Notes: generated from the letters alone by a model not told the origin. 64,000 bases of DNA from an uncultured Candidatus Saccharibacteria bacterium (GCA_964474435.1 CAYYSI010000001.1:62647-126646); one strand, 5' to 3'. Positions 24,457 to 34,989 are shown, numbered from the stretch's first letter. A program made the numbers and translations.

Positions 24457-27400
24457 ATGAAATTACTAAGAAAAGTAACAGCTTTTGTGATCCTTGCTGC
24501 GATCCTCATCTTTTCTCTTGCGCCCATTCTCAGGGTTGAGGCTATTACGAGTCTCCATCCGTTCATGGGGGCGGGACAATCTGACGGCGCAACACCGTAT
24601 GGCTCTTTGTTAGAAAGTAAAGATGTACTGTACGGTACAACCAAGGATGGTGGAGCAAATGATCTCGGAACGCTCTTTTCGTATAATCCAGATACTACTG
24701 ACTACCATCTACTCTATAGTTTCGATGGTACTACAGGGTCGCATCCTACAGGTTCTATTATTTTTAATGAGGGTGTGTTCTATGGCATGACGACGATGGG
24801 CGGGACCAATGATAAGGGAGTATTGTTTTCGTACGATGAGTTGGGAAACTATACAGTGCTTCTCGAATTTGGAATAACTGATGGTGCACATCCGCATGGG
24901 ACACCCTTCTTTCTCGATAATACGCTCTATGGCCTGACACGAGAAGGGGGAACGAACGACCTTGGTTCAATTTTTTCCTACAATCTCAATACTTCCGTCT
25001 ATACAAAAATCTTTAGTTTTGGTGACGTAGGGTCTGGGGTATATCCAGAAGGTGATTTATTGTTTGACCACACTGGTCATCTCTATGGTATGACGAGCGC
25101 AGGAGGGACGAATGGCAAGGGAACTTTATTTTCTCTCGAACTATTAGAGGGCGCTGTTACAAAGCTTATTGATTTTGGCGGAGGATCTGCTACTGGTGAA
25201 TACCCATACGGCTCGCTTATCATCAATGAGAATGGGCGATTACTCTACGGTATGACGAGTGCAGGGGGGACAAGCAACTACGGAACTATTTTTTCTGTTG
25301 ACCCCGACCATATCAACACCCTTCAGACACTTCATAGTTTTGATGGTGAGCATGGCAAATACCCATATGGATCTCTTTTTGTAGCAGATGATGGAAAGTA
25401 TTATGGTACGACCATGGCGGGCGGAACGAATGACCATGGAACGCTCTTTTCGTATGATATAAATGATCCATTTCAAATACCGTTTGAATTCATACAGTCA
25501 TTTGATCGCGTATCGCACGGCGCTGCACCTCGTGGATCTCTCATTCAAAAAGGAAAAAATGGAAGTAAAATTTTTTATGGACTTGCGAGCGATGGCGGAT
25601 CGCCCCCTGAACAAGAGAATGCTAGTTTTGGAACGATATTTTCCTTTCCTGTCCCAGACAAAGCTCCCGAGCCATTTTCATTCCCTCAGGTGACTGGTGC
25701 ACAACAAAACACAGAGATAACTTCGGAACAGATTACTATAACAGGGATCAATACGCCTTCTGCAATCGCTATAGATGGGTGCAATACAGTGTGTAGATAC
25801 AGTGGTGGTACTGATGGATATGCCAATGAAGGAGACACTCTCACTATCACTATAGTATCGGGGAATGGATGTGAGACTACCAAGGGTGCCAATTTGGTTG
25901 TTGGTTCAGTGAGTGCTCAGTTTCTTGTAACAACAGCATCGTGCAGCAGTGGGGGTGGACAGGATGTCACTCGCCCCCAAGTTTCTTTTTCGCTCCCAAA
26001 TACAGGGTCGTCACTTACGGTATCTCTCACATTTTCTGCAACAGACAACGTCGGTGTTACGGGATATAAACTAACTGAAACAAATACTGCGCCATCGGCA
26101 GGAGATAGCGGCTGGAGCGCAAGTGCTCCTACAGAGTACACCTTTTCTTCGTACGGCAGTCACACACTCTACGCTTGGGCAAAAGATGCCGCAGGTAATG
26201 TGTCAGCACAAAATTCTCAATCGATCACTCTCACAGAGCCTGCTCCTGCAGATCCAGCGCCGCAGGATCCTCCCGCTCAAAATCCTCCACGCAGTCACTC
26301 AAGCAATTCTGCAGTAGCCGGCATCGGAGCCCTCCTCACACAACCTATGGCGGAGCCTCGTCCAGAACCGGAGCCAGTGCCAGCACCCGAACCTGCTCCA
26401 GAACCAAAACCAGTCGAGCGTCCCAAAGTGACGACTCCTGCAGTCAGTATTGTCGTTCTTGATTCTCCAGTGAAGCAGTTGATCCGTGAAGAGTTCACAC
26501 CGCATCAGGTAGAGGTGATTGAAGTCAGTATCAAGGCAATCATTGCAACAGTGACAACGGTTGGCGCAATCCTTGTCTTGCTCTCAGTGTTGTTCCTCAA
26601 CCCACTTGCGCGCCCAGAATTTATTTTGATCCCGATCAGACTCTGGACACTGTTGCTCACCGCGCTCGGACTCCGCAAAAAGTCGACGCCGTGGGGAGTA
26701 GTATATGACTCTGTCACCAAGCAACCGATCGATCCGGTGCGTGTCTCGCTCGTAGATATGCAAGGTGCTGTGGTTGAGTCATCGATCACGGATGCATCTG
26801 GTCGATATGGATTTGCGGCGCCAGCGGGTATTTACAAGGTCGTCCTTTCCAAGACCAACTACCTCTTTCCATCCCACGTCATTGCACAAAATGATATGCG
26901 CGATGAATTCTATGACAAGCCATACTTTGGTGACTACTTGCCATACGATCCTGCGGCACCGATCATGAAGAATATTCCGATCGATCCACTCGACTTTGAT
27001 ACCGCAGCATTTGAACAAAAAAATGGCGATCTCTCGCTCCACTATTCCAAGCGCGAGCTCGTTGCTGATAGGATTTTCAATACATTGTTCCTCACGACAT
27101 TTTTGATTGTTGCAGTGAGTCTGATCATCTATCCAGAGATGTACAATGCGATTATCTTTGTGCTCTACATTGCCGCATTTATCATTCGTCGTCACACCAA
27201 GCGCCTCAAGCATATGGGTCGTATCTATGACCTATACGGCAAGCCACTTGCAAATGTCGTCATGAAGGTTTACTCCGCAGTCGACAATACACTCGTAAAG
27301 ACGACCAAGACTACCCGTGCTGGTCGCTACTATCTCCACGTACCAAAAGGGCTCTACCATATTCGCGTCGAACGCCAGACAACCGATGGCATGTATGTGC

Positions 27401-27474
27401 CGATCTATGATTCACCCGAGCTCCTCGTTCAACACGGCACCGTCAACAAAGTGTTCAACATTGCGTATTCGTAG
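24457..27474 (+). CDS. large secreted / membrane protein (1005 aa): signal peptide, ~8 tandem GGTNDxGTLFSY repeats (GloVer / beta-propeller-like), Ig-like domain, Pro-rich linker, then two carboxypeptidase-regulatory-like (Cna-B / prealbumin-fold) domains each followed by TM helices
   Basis: The repeats LYGTTKDGGANDLGTLFSYNPDTT..., FYGMTTMGGTNDKGVLFSYDELG... and similar recur every ~45 aa. DNVGVTGYKLTE is Ig-like. The linker is PAPADPAPQDPP...EPRPEPEPVPAPEP. GVVYDSVTKQPIDPVRVSLVDMQGAVVESSITDASGRYGF and GRIYDLYGKPLANVVMKVYSAVDNTLVKTTKTTRAGRYY resemble CarboxypepD_reg domains. Confidence 0.7.
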   Translation: MKLLRKVTAFVILAAILIFSLAPILRVEAITSLHPFMGAGQSDGATPYGSLLESKDVLYGTTKDGGANDLGTLFSYNPDTTDYHLLYSFDGTTGSHPTGSIIFNEGVFYGMTTMGGTNDKGVLFSYDELGNYTVLLEFGITDGAHPHGTPFFLDNTLYGLTREGGTNDLGSIFSYNLNTSVYTKIFSFGDVGSGVYPEGDLLFDHTGHLYGMTSAGGTNGKGTLFSLELLEGAVTKLIDFGGGSATGEYPYGSLIINENGRLLYGMTSAGGTSNYGTIFSVDPDHINTLQTLHSFDGEHGKYPYGSLFVADDGKYYGTTMAGGTNDHGTLFSYDINDPFQIPFEFIQSFDRVSHGAAPRGSLIQKGKNGSKIFYGLASDGGSPPEQENASFGTIFSFPVPDKAPEPFSFPQVTGAQQNTEITSEQITITGINTPSAIAIDGCNTVCRYSGGTDGYANEGDTLTITIVSGNGCETTKGANLVVGSVSAQFLVTTASCSSGGGQDVTRPQVSFSLPNTGSSLTVSLTFSATDNVGVTGYKLTETNTAPSAGDSGWSASAPTEYTFSSYGSHTLYAWAKDAAGNVSAQNSQSITLTEPAPADPAPQDPPAQNPPRSHSSNSAVAGIGALLTQPMAEPRPEPEPVPAPEPAPEPKPVERPKVTTPAVSIVVLDSPVKQLIREEFTPHQVEVIEVSIKAIIATVTTVGAILVLLSVLFLNPLARPEFILIPIRLWTLLLTALGLRKKSTPWGVVYDSVTKQPIDPVRVSLVDMQGAVVESSITDASGRYGFAAPAGIYKVVLSKTNYLFPSHVIAQNDMRDEFYDKPYFGDYLPYDPAAPIMKNIPIDPLDFDTAAFEQKNGDLSLHYSKRELVADRIFNTLFLTTFLIVAVSLIIYPEMYNAIIFVLYIAAFIIRRHTKRLKHMGRIYDLYGKPLANVVMKVYSAVDNTLVKTTKTTRAGRYYLHVPKGLYHIRVERQTTDGMYVPIYDSPELLVQHGTVNKVFNIAYS

Positions 27475-27494
27475 ATAGGTGATACAACTAAGGT

Positions 27495-28676
27495 GTGAAA
27501 TTTACTATTGAGAAAAAATTAGACGGCACACTCGCTCGCGCAGGTGAGATCGTGACTCCAAACGGTGTGATCAAAACACCGGCATTTGTCGTGGTTGGAA
27601 CCAAGGCTACCGTGAAGTCTTTGACCGCAGAACAGATCCGCAGCCTCAATGCGCAAGTTGTATTGGCAAATACCTATCACCTCTACTTGCAGCCGGGCAC
27701 AGATATCGTGGAGAAAGCTGGAGGGTTTGGGAAGTTTATGGATTGGCATGGGCCGACGATGACTGATAGTGGAGGATTTCAGGCATTCTCACTTGGTGCG
27801 GCATTTGGTAACAATGTTTCCAAAGTTGCGACCGGTAAAGAAGTGTCTGACATTTCTGCGACCAAAGGGCAGCTCGCGATTGTGACTGACGAAGGTGTGA
27901 CATTCAAGTCCCATCTCAATGGTGATAAGCATCTCTTTACTCCAGAGTCATCAATGCTCGCACAGTGGAAGATCGGTGCAGATATGATATTTGCATTTGA
28001 TGAATGCACGAGTCCGAGTGCGCCGTATGAATACCAACAAAAATCTCTCGCTCGTACCTATGAATGGGCGAAGCGCTCGCTCGATGCACACGAAGCATTG
28101 GACACAGAAAAGAAACAAGCACTTTTTGGGGTGATCCAAGGAGGGCGGTTTCAAGATTTGCGCGAGCAGGCTGCGCGAGACCTCGGTGCACTGCCGTTTG
28201 ATGGCTACGGCATCGGAGGGTCATTTACCAAAGAAGACATTGGTACTGCAGTCGGATGGGTGAATGCAATACTTCCAGAAAATAAACCTCGTCACTTGCT
28301 CGGCATCGGAGAACCAATCGATCTGTTTGAGGGAGTACTTGCGGGGTGTGATCTCTTTGACTGTGTGCTGCCGACACGCATTGGGCGACATGGGACACTC
28401 TTTACTCATGAGGGCAAGATGCACATCAAGAACGCGCAATATGTCGATGACTTTGGGCCACTTGAGGATGGTTGTACATGCTACACCTGTACACACCATA
28501 CTCGCGCATATATCGCGCATCTCTTCCGAGCAGACGAGATGACTGCAGGAACGCTTGCAAGTATTCATAACATTCACTTCCTCTTGCGATTGGTAGAAAA
28601 GATCAGAGAGAGTATTTTGAACGATACATTTTTTGAATATAAAAAGGAGTTTGTTGGGAGGTATTATAAAAAATAA
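27495..28676 (+). CDS. tgt: queuine tRNA-ribosyltransferase (tRNA-guanine transglycosylase)
   Basis: LANTYHLYLQPG, the catalytic Asp regions, and the zinc site CTCYTCTHHTRAYIAHL are present. The start codon is GTG. Confidence 0.9.
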   Translation: MKFTIEKKLDGTLARAGEIVTPNGVIKTPAFVVVGTKATVKSLTAEQIRSLNAQVVLANTYHLYLQPGTDIVEKAGGFGKFMDWHGPTMTDSGGFQAFSLGAAFGNNVSKVATGKEVSDISATKGQLAIVTDEGVTFKSHLNGDKHLFTPESSMLAQWKIGADMIFAFDECTSPSAPYEYQQKSLARTYEWAKRSLDAHEALDTEKKQALFGVIQGGRFQDLREQAARDLGALPFDGYGIGGSFTKEDIGTAVGWVNAILPENKPRHLLGIGEPIDLFEGVLAGCDLFDCVLPTRIGRHGTLFTHEGKMHIKNAQYVDDFGPLEDGCTCYTCTHHTRAYIAHLFRADEMTAGTLASIHNIHFLLRLVEKIRESILNDTFFEYKKEFVGRYYKK

Positions 28677-29153
28677 AACTGCCTCATAAAATTGAGGCAG
28701 CTCGTCTGATTGTTCCAATTGGTGTTGATAGAAAAATATTTTAACCTTTCCTTTAGTTATTATTTTCCATTTTTTTGGCAAGTCACCTTTTTTAAATGAT
28801 GCATCCCACCACCCTTGAGGATTCTTTTCTACACAAATAACTCCCTGTAACGTAACAATAAAATTACACCCGTCTTCAATGAGGTCAAACTCATTTGAAT
28901 AATGGATCATTCTATTGAGCAATGCGAGACCATCATCCAATCTCATCACATTCATTTTTCGCTCAGGATCTGAAAGGGAATATTCCATGGTAAGAATCTT
29001 TCGATCGAGTTGCGCAATGCTATCAGTGAGAGCTTTGCGTTTGAGAGATAAGGAATGAAGATTTGGTTCCAGAACAATTACTTTGATGGGGTATTGCGCA
29101 CAAAGTGTGTAGTACCCAAGGATAGAAACAACACACATACATATTTTTTTCAT
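28221..29153 (-). CDS. hypothetical ORF with signal-peptide-like N-terminus; its 3' 455 nt is antisense to tgt (questionable)
   Basis: The N-terminal ~150 aa (MKKICMCVVSILGYYTLCAQ...) lies in an otherwise gene-free AT-rich region (28677-29153) and looks protein-like. The frame only terminates deep inside tgt on the opposite strand, and it reads through the tgt terminator hairpin. Confidence 0.25.
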   Translation of the reverse strand: MKKICMCVVSILGYYTLCAQYPIKVIVLEPNLHSLSLKRKALTDSIAQLDRKILTMEYSLSDPERKMNVMRLDDGLALLNRMIHYSNEFDLIEDGCNFIVTLQGVICVEKNPQGWWDASFKKGDLPKKWKIITKGKVKIFFYQHQLEQSDELPQFYEAVLFFIIPPNKLLFIFKKCIVQNTLSDLFYQSQEEVNVMNTCKRSCSHLVCSEEMRDICASMVCTGVACTTILKWPKVIDILRVLDVHLALMSKECPMSPNACRQHTVKEITPRKYSLKQIDWFSDAEQVTRFIFWKYCIHPSDCSTNVFFGK

Positions 29154-29462
29154 ACATTACTTTTTCAATACTATATATAAAAATATGTATTTGTCAAATA
29201 AGGTGAATTATAAAAATAAAAATCCCCTGTTTAAGGGGATTTTACACTCAAGTCCGTTTTTATTTGCGGACAAGCTCCAAACTGTCGTACTTATCGTACT
29301 CACATGGCAAACCGGGAGATCGTTTGACCAAGGTAACTGTCAAATCATCACAAAGAACTTTTTCACTCGAATCCGTTAATCGACTCTTATTTATACATTA
29401 GCATCTTATATCAAATCTGTCAAGTATCTCCAAAACCCTTATTTTTCCTATATAATCAATCT

Positions 29463-31589
29463 ATGCAATTCAAACTCTCTGGAGAATACCAACCCGCAGG
29501 GGACCAGCCCAAGGCTATCGAGAAGCTCGTGAAGGGTCTCAAAGACGGCAAGCAGATGCAGACACTGCTGGGTGCGACTGCAACTGGGAAAACATTCACG
29601 ATGGCCAATATCATAGAGACTGTTCAAAAGCCGACGCTCGTGATCGCCCACAACAAAACGCTTGCGGCTCAGCTTGCACAAGAGTTCAAGAGTTATTTCC
29701 CAGACAACGTCGTGCACTACTTCGTGTCCTACTACGACTACTACCAGCCAGAGGCGTACATGCCGATCACAGATACGTTTATTGAAAAAGATGCCCAGAT
29801 CAACAAAGAAATTGATCGTCTCCGTCATGCGACCACTCAAGCATTGCTCACGCGCAAGGATGTGATCATTGTCGCATCGGTCTCGTGTATCTACGGTCTC
29901 GGATCTCCTGTCGAGTATGAAAAGACGAATTTCAAAATTGAAAAAGGCATGAAGCTCTCGCGTACCCAAGCAATGGAGCGACTCATCTCCATTCACTTTT
30001 CTCGTACAACTGCCGACCTCTCGAGTGGGACATTTCGTGCATTGGGAAATAAAATCGACATTATGCCGGTCTCTGACACGATCATGTATCAGATCGACTT
30101 CACTGGCAACGTCGTACAAAGCATCACCAAGATCGATCCAGTGTCTTCCAAGATTTTGAACGACGAAGAATTCGTCTATATCTTCCCGGCGAAACACTTC
30201 ATCACTAATGGCGAAGAAAAGGATCGTGCAGTGCGCGACATCCAACACGAGCTCGATCAGCAGCTCAAACATTTCGAAGTAGAAGGCAAGCTCCTCGAGG
30301 CAGAACGCATCAAACGTCGTACCAACTACGACCTCGCGATGATCAAAGAAATGGGGTACTGCTCCGGTATCGAAAACTACTCTCGGCATATGTCTGGCAA
30401 AGCTGTTGGCGAACCACCAGAAACACTGCTTTCATATTTCCCACACAAAGCTGATGGGAGCGCGGACTTTATGTTATTTATTGATGAGTCACACGTAACG
30501 ATCCCACAGTTGGGAGGAATGTATGCAGGAGACGCATCACGCAAACAGACACTTGTAGAGTTTGGATTCCGTTTGCCAAGTGCCAAAGACAACCGCCCGT
30601 TGAAGTTTGAGGAATTTAAAGAACGCATTGGACAAACAATATTTGTCTCTGCAACACCGGGTGCATATGAAAAGGAACATTCAGAACAAATCGTCGAGCA
30701 GATCATTCGCCCGACTGGACTTGTGGATCCACTCGTAGAAGTGCGGCCAATTCTCGAGGGAAGTCCAATCGCATTTCATTCTGGTGAGACTGAACAGGCC
30801 TATGACAAATCTGATGCACAGGCACGCAGTGACTATCCTGGCCAAGTCCAAGACTTCATCAACGAAGCTGAAAAGGAAATCAAGAGTGGCGGACGCGTCC
30901 TTGCAACGACACTTACAAAAAAAATGGCAGAAGACTTATCTGCGTATCTCAAAGAAAGAAAAATAAAATCCGAATATCTCCACTCCGATATCAAGACGAT
31001 TGAGCGCATTCAGATCATCACAAAGTTCCGAAAAGGGGAGTTTGATATTTTGGTCGGAGTGAACTTGCTTCGAGAAGGTCTTGATATGCCAGAAGTATCA
31101 CTCATCGGTATTTTGGACGCAGACAAGGAGGGATTCTTGCGTAGCGAAGTGTCATTGATCCAGACGATCGGGCGAGCCGCACGTAATGCAAATGGTCGCG
31201 TGATCCTGTATGCCGACAACATGACTGGCTCAATGGAGCGCGCGATAGGTGAGACCAGACGACGTCGTGATGTACAGCTTGCCTACAATGCCGAGCATGG
31301 CATCACGCCAAAAACTATCTCTAAGGTTATTCGCGATATCACCGAAGGCATGGAGACTGAGCATTCCAAGGCAGTGAATGCTGAGCTCGCACTCGATCTC
31401 GAACTCTTTGCGCAGATCGAAAAGGATCAAAAGGGAAGAAAGACGAAAGGTAAAAATCCAATCGAAAAGTTAATCAAGATCAAAGAAGTTGAAATGAAAG
31501 AAGCGGTGAAGCTCCTCGACTTCGAAACAGCGGCAATATTGCGTGATGAGATTGGCGTGTTGAGAGAAAAGACGTATATAAATCCTTAA
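29463..31589 (+). CDS. uvrB: excinuclease ABC subunit B
   Basis: MQFKLSGEYQPAGDQPKAIEKLVKGL...ATGKTFTMANII is the canonical UvrB N-terminus with a helicase Walker A motif. A C-terminal UVR domain is present. A TATAAT lies 7 nt before the ATG. Confidence 0.95.
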   Translation: MQFKLSGEYQPAGDQPKAIEKLVKGLKDGKQMQTLLGATATGKTFTMANIIETVQKPTLVIAHNKTLAAQLAQEFKSYFPDNVVHYFVSYYDYYQPEAYMPITDTFIEKDAQINKEIDRLRHATTQALLTRKDVIIVASVSCIYGLGSPVEYEKTNFKIEKGMKLSRTQAMERLISIHFSRTTADLSSGTFRALGNKIDIMPVSDTIMYQIDFTGNVVQSITKIDPVSSKILNDEEFVYIFPAKHFITNGEEKDRAVRDIQHELDQQLKHFEVEGKLLEAERIKRRTNYDLAMIKEMGYCSGIENYSRHMSGKAVGEPPETLLSYFPHKADGSADFMLFIDESHVTIPQLGGMYAGDASRKQTLVEFGFRLPSAKDNRPLKFEEFKERIGQTIFVSATPGAYEKEHSEQIVEQIIRPTGLVDPLVEVRPILEGSPIAFHSGETEQAYDKSDAQARSDYPGQVQDFINEAEKEIKSGGRVLATTLTKKMAEDLSAYLKERKIKSEYLHSDIKTIERIQIITKFRKGEFDILVGVNLLREGLDMPEVSLIGILDADKEGFLRSEVSLIQTIGRAARNANGRVILYADNMTGSMERAIGETRRRRDVQLAYNAEHGITPKTISKVIRDITEGMETEHSKAVNAELALDLELFAQIEKDQKGRKTKGKNPIEKLIKIKEVEMKEAVKLLDFETAAILRDEIGVLREKTYINP

Positions 31590-32062
31590 ACCTTCCTCGG
31601 CAATGGATGCAAATGCGCAGCGATACCGATCGCAGCTGCGATGATGACGAGGTTTTTGATGATGTATTGGCCTTCGAGAGTTGGCACAAATGGGCGACTG
31701 AATGTTTCGTGTGGTAGGAAAAAGAGCGGGAGGAATGTTGTCATCATATGAAAGAGGAGAAGTGGGAGCATGATGCGCTCGGCACCCGGTATCAAAAAGA
31801 GTATTCCGATCAAACATTCAAAGAGTGCAAAGCCTATATAGAATGCATGGAATGGTACGAGCCCGAGAAGTGTTTGGTCAAAGAGTGAGTGGACGAGCGA
31901 TCCTGCAGGCGAGAGTCCGATCACTTTGAGTATGCCAAACCAGAAAAATATAACAAAGAGCGCGATGCGTGCCGCGGGCAAACTAATGCGGCGCAAAAAG
32001 TGAATGATACGCGCGTCAGTTTCTGGGATGGTTTCCATGTCATTAAGTATATCAGGTACCAC
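31586..32062 (-). CDS. DoxX-family membrane protein
   Basis: It has four TM helices with a DoxX-like pattern (ARIALFVIFFWFGILK...). It is convergent with uvrB, overlapping it by 4 nt. Confidence 0.5.
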   Translation of the reverse strand: MVPDILNDMETIPETDARIIHFLRRISLPAARIALFVIFFWFGILKVIGLSPAGSLVHSLFDQTLLGLVPFHAFYIGFALFECLIGILFLIPGAERIMLPLLLFHMMTTFLPLFFLPHETFSRPFVPTLEGQYIIKNLVIIAAAIGIAAHLHPLPRKV

Positions 32063-32265
32063 TCGTCAGTAGAAGATAGTTTCTTTCCGCAAACTCGGTG
32101 CTGCGCCCTCAAACAGTGCTACAAGAAACCATCTTCTACTGCCTCGCTCAGTGCTAGTATACGGAGCTCGCTGGAGATTGCACAGCGTGCTATAATGGTA
32201 CTGCAAAATATGATACATACCCCTATACGCGCAAGCGGAGGGGATTTGCCGCTACATACAAACAT

Positions 32266-34989
32266 ATGAAAAAGACCACAGAAAACAACAGAACAACAGA
32301 GCAACCAGGCACATCGATCGTTGTGAAGGGTGCACGCACGCACAATCTCAAAAACGTGTCAGTTGAAATGCCGCGCAATGCAATGATTGCGATCACGGGC
32401 CTTTCGGGGTCGGGCAAAAGCTCGCTTGCATTTGATACGATCTTTGCCGAAGGGCAGCGTCGATATGTCGAGAGTCTGTCGTCATATGCGCGACAGTTCT
32501 TGAACCAAATGCCAAAGCCTGATGTAGACGAGATCACCGGACTTTCGCCAGCGATCTCTATCGATCAGAAATCTCGCTCCAACAACCCACGCTCAACCGT
32601 TGCAACGATCACCGAGATCTACGACTACCTCCGCGTCCTCTATGCCCGCATCGGCAAGGCGTACTGTCCTGTGTGCGGCACACTTATCACCAAACTCTCA
32701 CCCGAAGAAATCAATGCATTCATCCTCGCCAAGATTAAAGAAGTAGGGAAGACCAATACCAAGAAGGTAATGGATGTCGGATTTAATGATACGCGTATTC
32801 AGATATTTGCGCCTATTGTTCGCGGTCGCAAAGGTGAGTACTACCAGCTGCTCTACGATCTCTTGGGTAAAGGATTCTCGACTATCCGTGTCGATGGTCA
32901 GATCAAACAACTGCGCGAGCGTATCGAACTCAAGAAAAATGACAAACACACGATTGAAGTATTGGTTGACGAGCTTGCCGTACATGAATTCAAGGATAAC
33001 CCACGTGACGCAGAGCTCCGACTCTTTGAAGCGGTAGAACGCGCGTTACTTGAGGCAGATGGGTTGGTGCAAGTTGTCATTGGCAACTCAGCAGATTTTG
33101 AAATGCAGACTGAGCCGATCCAAGAATTCCTCTTGTCAGCAAAGTTTTCATGTCCGAATGATGGATATAGTTTCCCCGAAATTGAGCCGCGACTCTTTTC
33201 ATTCAACTCGCCATATGGGGCATGTCCTGAGTGTAATGGTATCGGTACCAAGTTTTTTGGCGGCACGGAGCCGTGTCCTGTGTGTGAAGGCAAGCGTTTG
33301 CGGCCTGAAGCTTTGAATGTGTTCTTAGAAGCGGCAGTCTCCGGAAAGCAATTTCCTCGGTCCTCGGGTCGCAGTACTGCGTCTGCTCAACCAGACACTC
33401 AGAAATCACTTTCCGGATCCGCCGCTAAAATTAATATTGTGGATTTAACTTCTTTCTCTGTCGAAGAAGCATTTGATTTCTTTGGAGGACTCAAACTCTC
33501 TGCCAAGGATCGCGAGATCGGCAAGGCCATCATGAAAGAAATCGAAGATCGCCTCACCTTCCTTTTAAATGTTGGTTTGGAATACCTCGCCCTTTCGCGT
33601 ACTGCCAATACCCTCTCTGGAGGTGAAGCGCAACGCATCCGCCTAGCTTCCCAACTTGGGTCACGTCTTGTGGGCGCACTCTATGTGCTCGACGAGCCAA
33701 CGATTGGTCTGCACCAGCGCGACAACGAACGCTTGATCAAAACTCTGGAGGACTTGCGTGATCTCGGCAACACGATCATTGTCGTTGAGCATGACGAAGA
33801 CACGATCCTCGCATCCAACTATATGGTTGAGATCGGTCCGGGTGCCGGTATTCATGGAGGGAACGTCGTCGTCGCAGACAACCTTGCGAAGCTTTTGAGT
33901 GCAAAGAAAAATGATAGTGGAAGTCGCACGCTCGCATATCTGCGCAAAGAAGAAGCAATCGAAGTCCCCGAAAAGCGACGCGATACAGACAAAGGCATGC
34001 TCAAAATCGTCGGTGCAAATCTCCACAACCTCCATAACCAAAACATCGATGTACCACTCGGCAAAATGGTTGCGATCACTGGAGTTTCAGGTTCTGGAAA
34101 GAGTACGTTCCTCTACGACGTCTTGTACAAAAACTTGCAGGCAAAATTTGAGCGCAAATCCCGCAGTGCACAAATCTACAACTGCGCATCATTTACGGGT
34201 AGCGAATACCTCGCGCGCGTCATCATGATCGACCAGTCACCAATCGGTCGTACACCACGATCAAACATCGCGACATACACTGGGGCATTCACCCACATCC
34301 GAGAAATATTTGCTGCAACAGAGGAAGCACGCCTGCGTGGCTGGAAGCTCAATCGATTTTCATTCAATGTCAAAGGTGGCCGTTGCGAAGCCTGCGAAGG
34401 AAATGGTGAGATCGCAGTTGAAATGCACTTCTTGCCGACGGTGTATGTGACGTGTGATGTGTGTAATGGAAAAAGATTTGACAAGGAAACACTCACGGTG
34501 AAATACAAGCGCAAGAGTATTTATGATGTGCTCCAGCTCTCAGTTGAGGAAGCACTTGAATTCTTCCAGGATATCCCGGCGATCAGTGATCGACTCAAAA
34601 CATTGAACGACGTGGGGCTGGGGTATGTGAAGCTCGGACAAAGTGCAACCACACTTTCTGGTGGGGAAGCACAACGTGTAAAGATCGCATCAGAGCTCTA
34701 TCGTCCATATCTTGAAAAGACCATCTACCTGCTCGATGAACCCACTGTCGGACTCCACTATGACGATGTCAAAAATCTCATCGGTGTATTAAATAGACTT
34801 GTTGCAAAAGGAAATACCGTCGTCGTTATCGAACACAACCTCGACCTGATCAAATGTGCCGACTACCTTATCGACTTTGGTCCCGAAGGCGGTGTTGCCG
34901 GCGGCAAGATCATTGCAAAAGGAACCCCCGAGGACGTGGCGAACAATAAACATAGCTTCACGGGTCAATACCTCAAGAAAATTTTGTAA
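32266..34989 (+). CDS. uvrA: excinuclease ABC subunit A
   Basis: It has two ABC ATPase modules (GLSGSGKSSLAFDTIFAEGQRRYVESLS..., GVSGSGKSTF...), ABC signatures LSGGEAQR twice, and zinc fingers CPVC...CPEC and CEAC...CDVC. Confidence 0.95.
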   Translation: MKKTTENNRTTEQPGTSIVVKGARTHNLKNVSVEMPRNAMIAITGLSGSGKSSLAFDTIFAEGQRRYVESLSSYARQFLNQMPKPDVDEITGLSPAISIDQKSRSNNPRSTVATITEIYDYLRVLYARIGKAYCPVCGTLITKLSPEEINAFILAKIKEVGKTNTKKVMDVGFNDTRIQIFAPIVRGRKGEYYQLLYDLLGKGFSTIRVDGQIKQLRERIELKKNDKHTIEVLVDELAVHEFKDNPRDAELRLFEAVERALLEADGLVQVVIGNSADFEMQTEPIQEFLLSAKFSCPNDGYSFPEIEPRLFSFNSPYGACPECNGIGTKFFGGTEPCPVCEGKRLRPEALNVFLEAAVSGKQFPRSSGRSTASAQPDTQKSLSGSAAKINIVDLTSFSVEEAFDFFGGLKLSAKDREIGKAIMKEIEDRLTFLLNVGLEYLALSRTANTLSGGEAQRIRLASQLGSRLVGALYVLDEPTIGLHQRDNERLIKTLEDLRDLGNTIIVVEHDEDTILASNYMVEIGPGAGIHGGNVVVADNLAKLLSAKKNDSGSRTLAYLRKEEAIEVPEKRRDTDKGMLKIVGANLHNLHNQNIDVPLGKMVAITGVSGSGKSTFLYDVLYKNLQAKFERKSRSAQIYNCASFTGSEYLARVIMIDQSPIGRTPRSNIATYTGAFTHIREIFAATEEARLRGWKLNRFSFNVKGGRCEACEGNGEIAVEMHFLPTVYVTCDVCNGKRFDKETLTVKYKRKSIYDVLQLSVEEALEFFQDIPAISDRLKTLNDVGLGYVKLGQSATTLSGGEAQRVKIASELYRPYLEKTIYLLDEPTVGLHYDDVKNLIGVLNRLVAKGNTVVVIEHNLDLIKCADYLIDFGPEGGVAGGKIIAKGTPEDVANNKHSFTGQYLKKIL

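Noticed and set aside
24457-25700. Periodic DNA repeats that might suggest a CRISPR or tandem-repeat array
   Set aside because: The periodicity is in-frame, ~135 nt, and degenerate at the DNA level. It corresponds to protein tandem repeats (GGTNDxGTLFSY) inside one long ORF. There are no short exact direct repeats with unique spacers and no cas genes.
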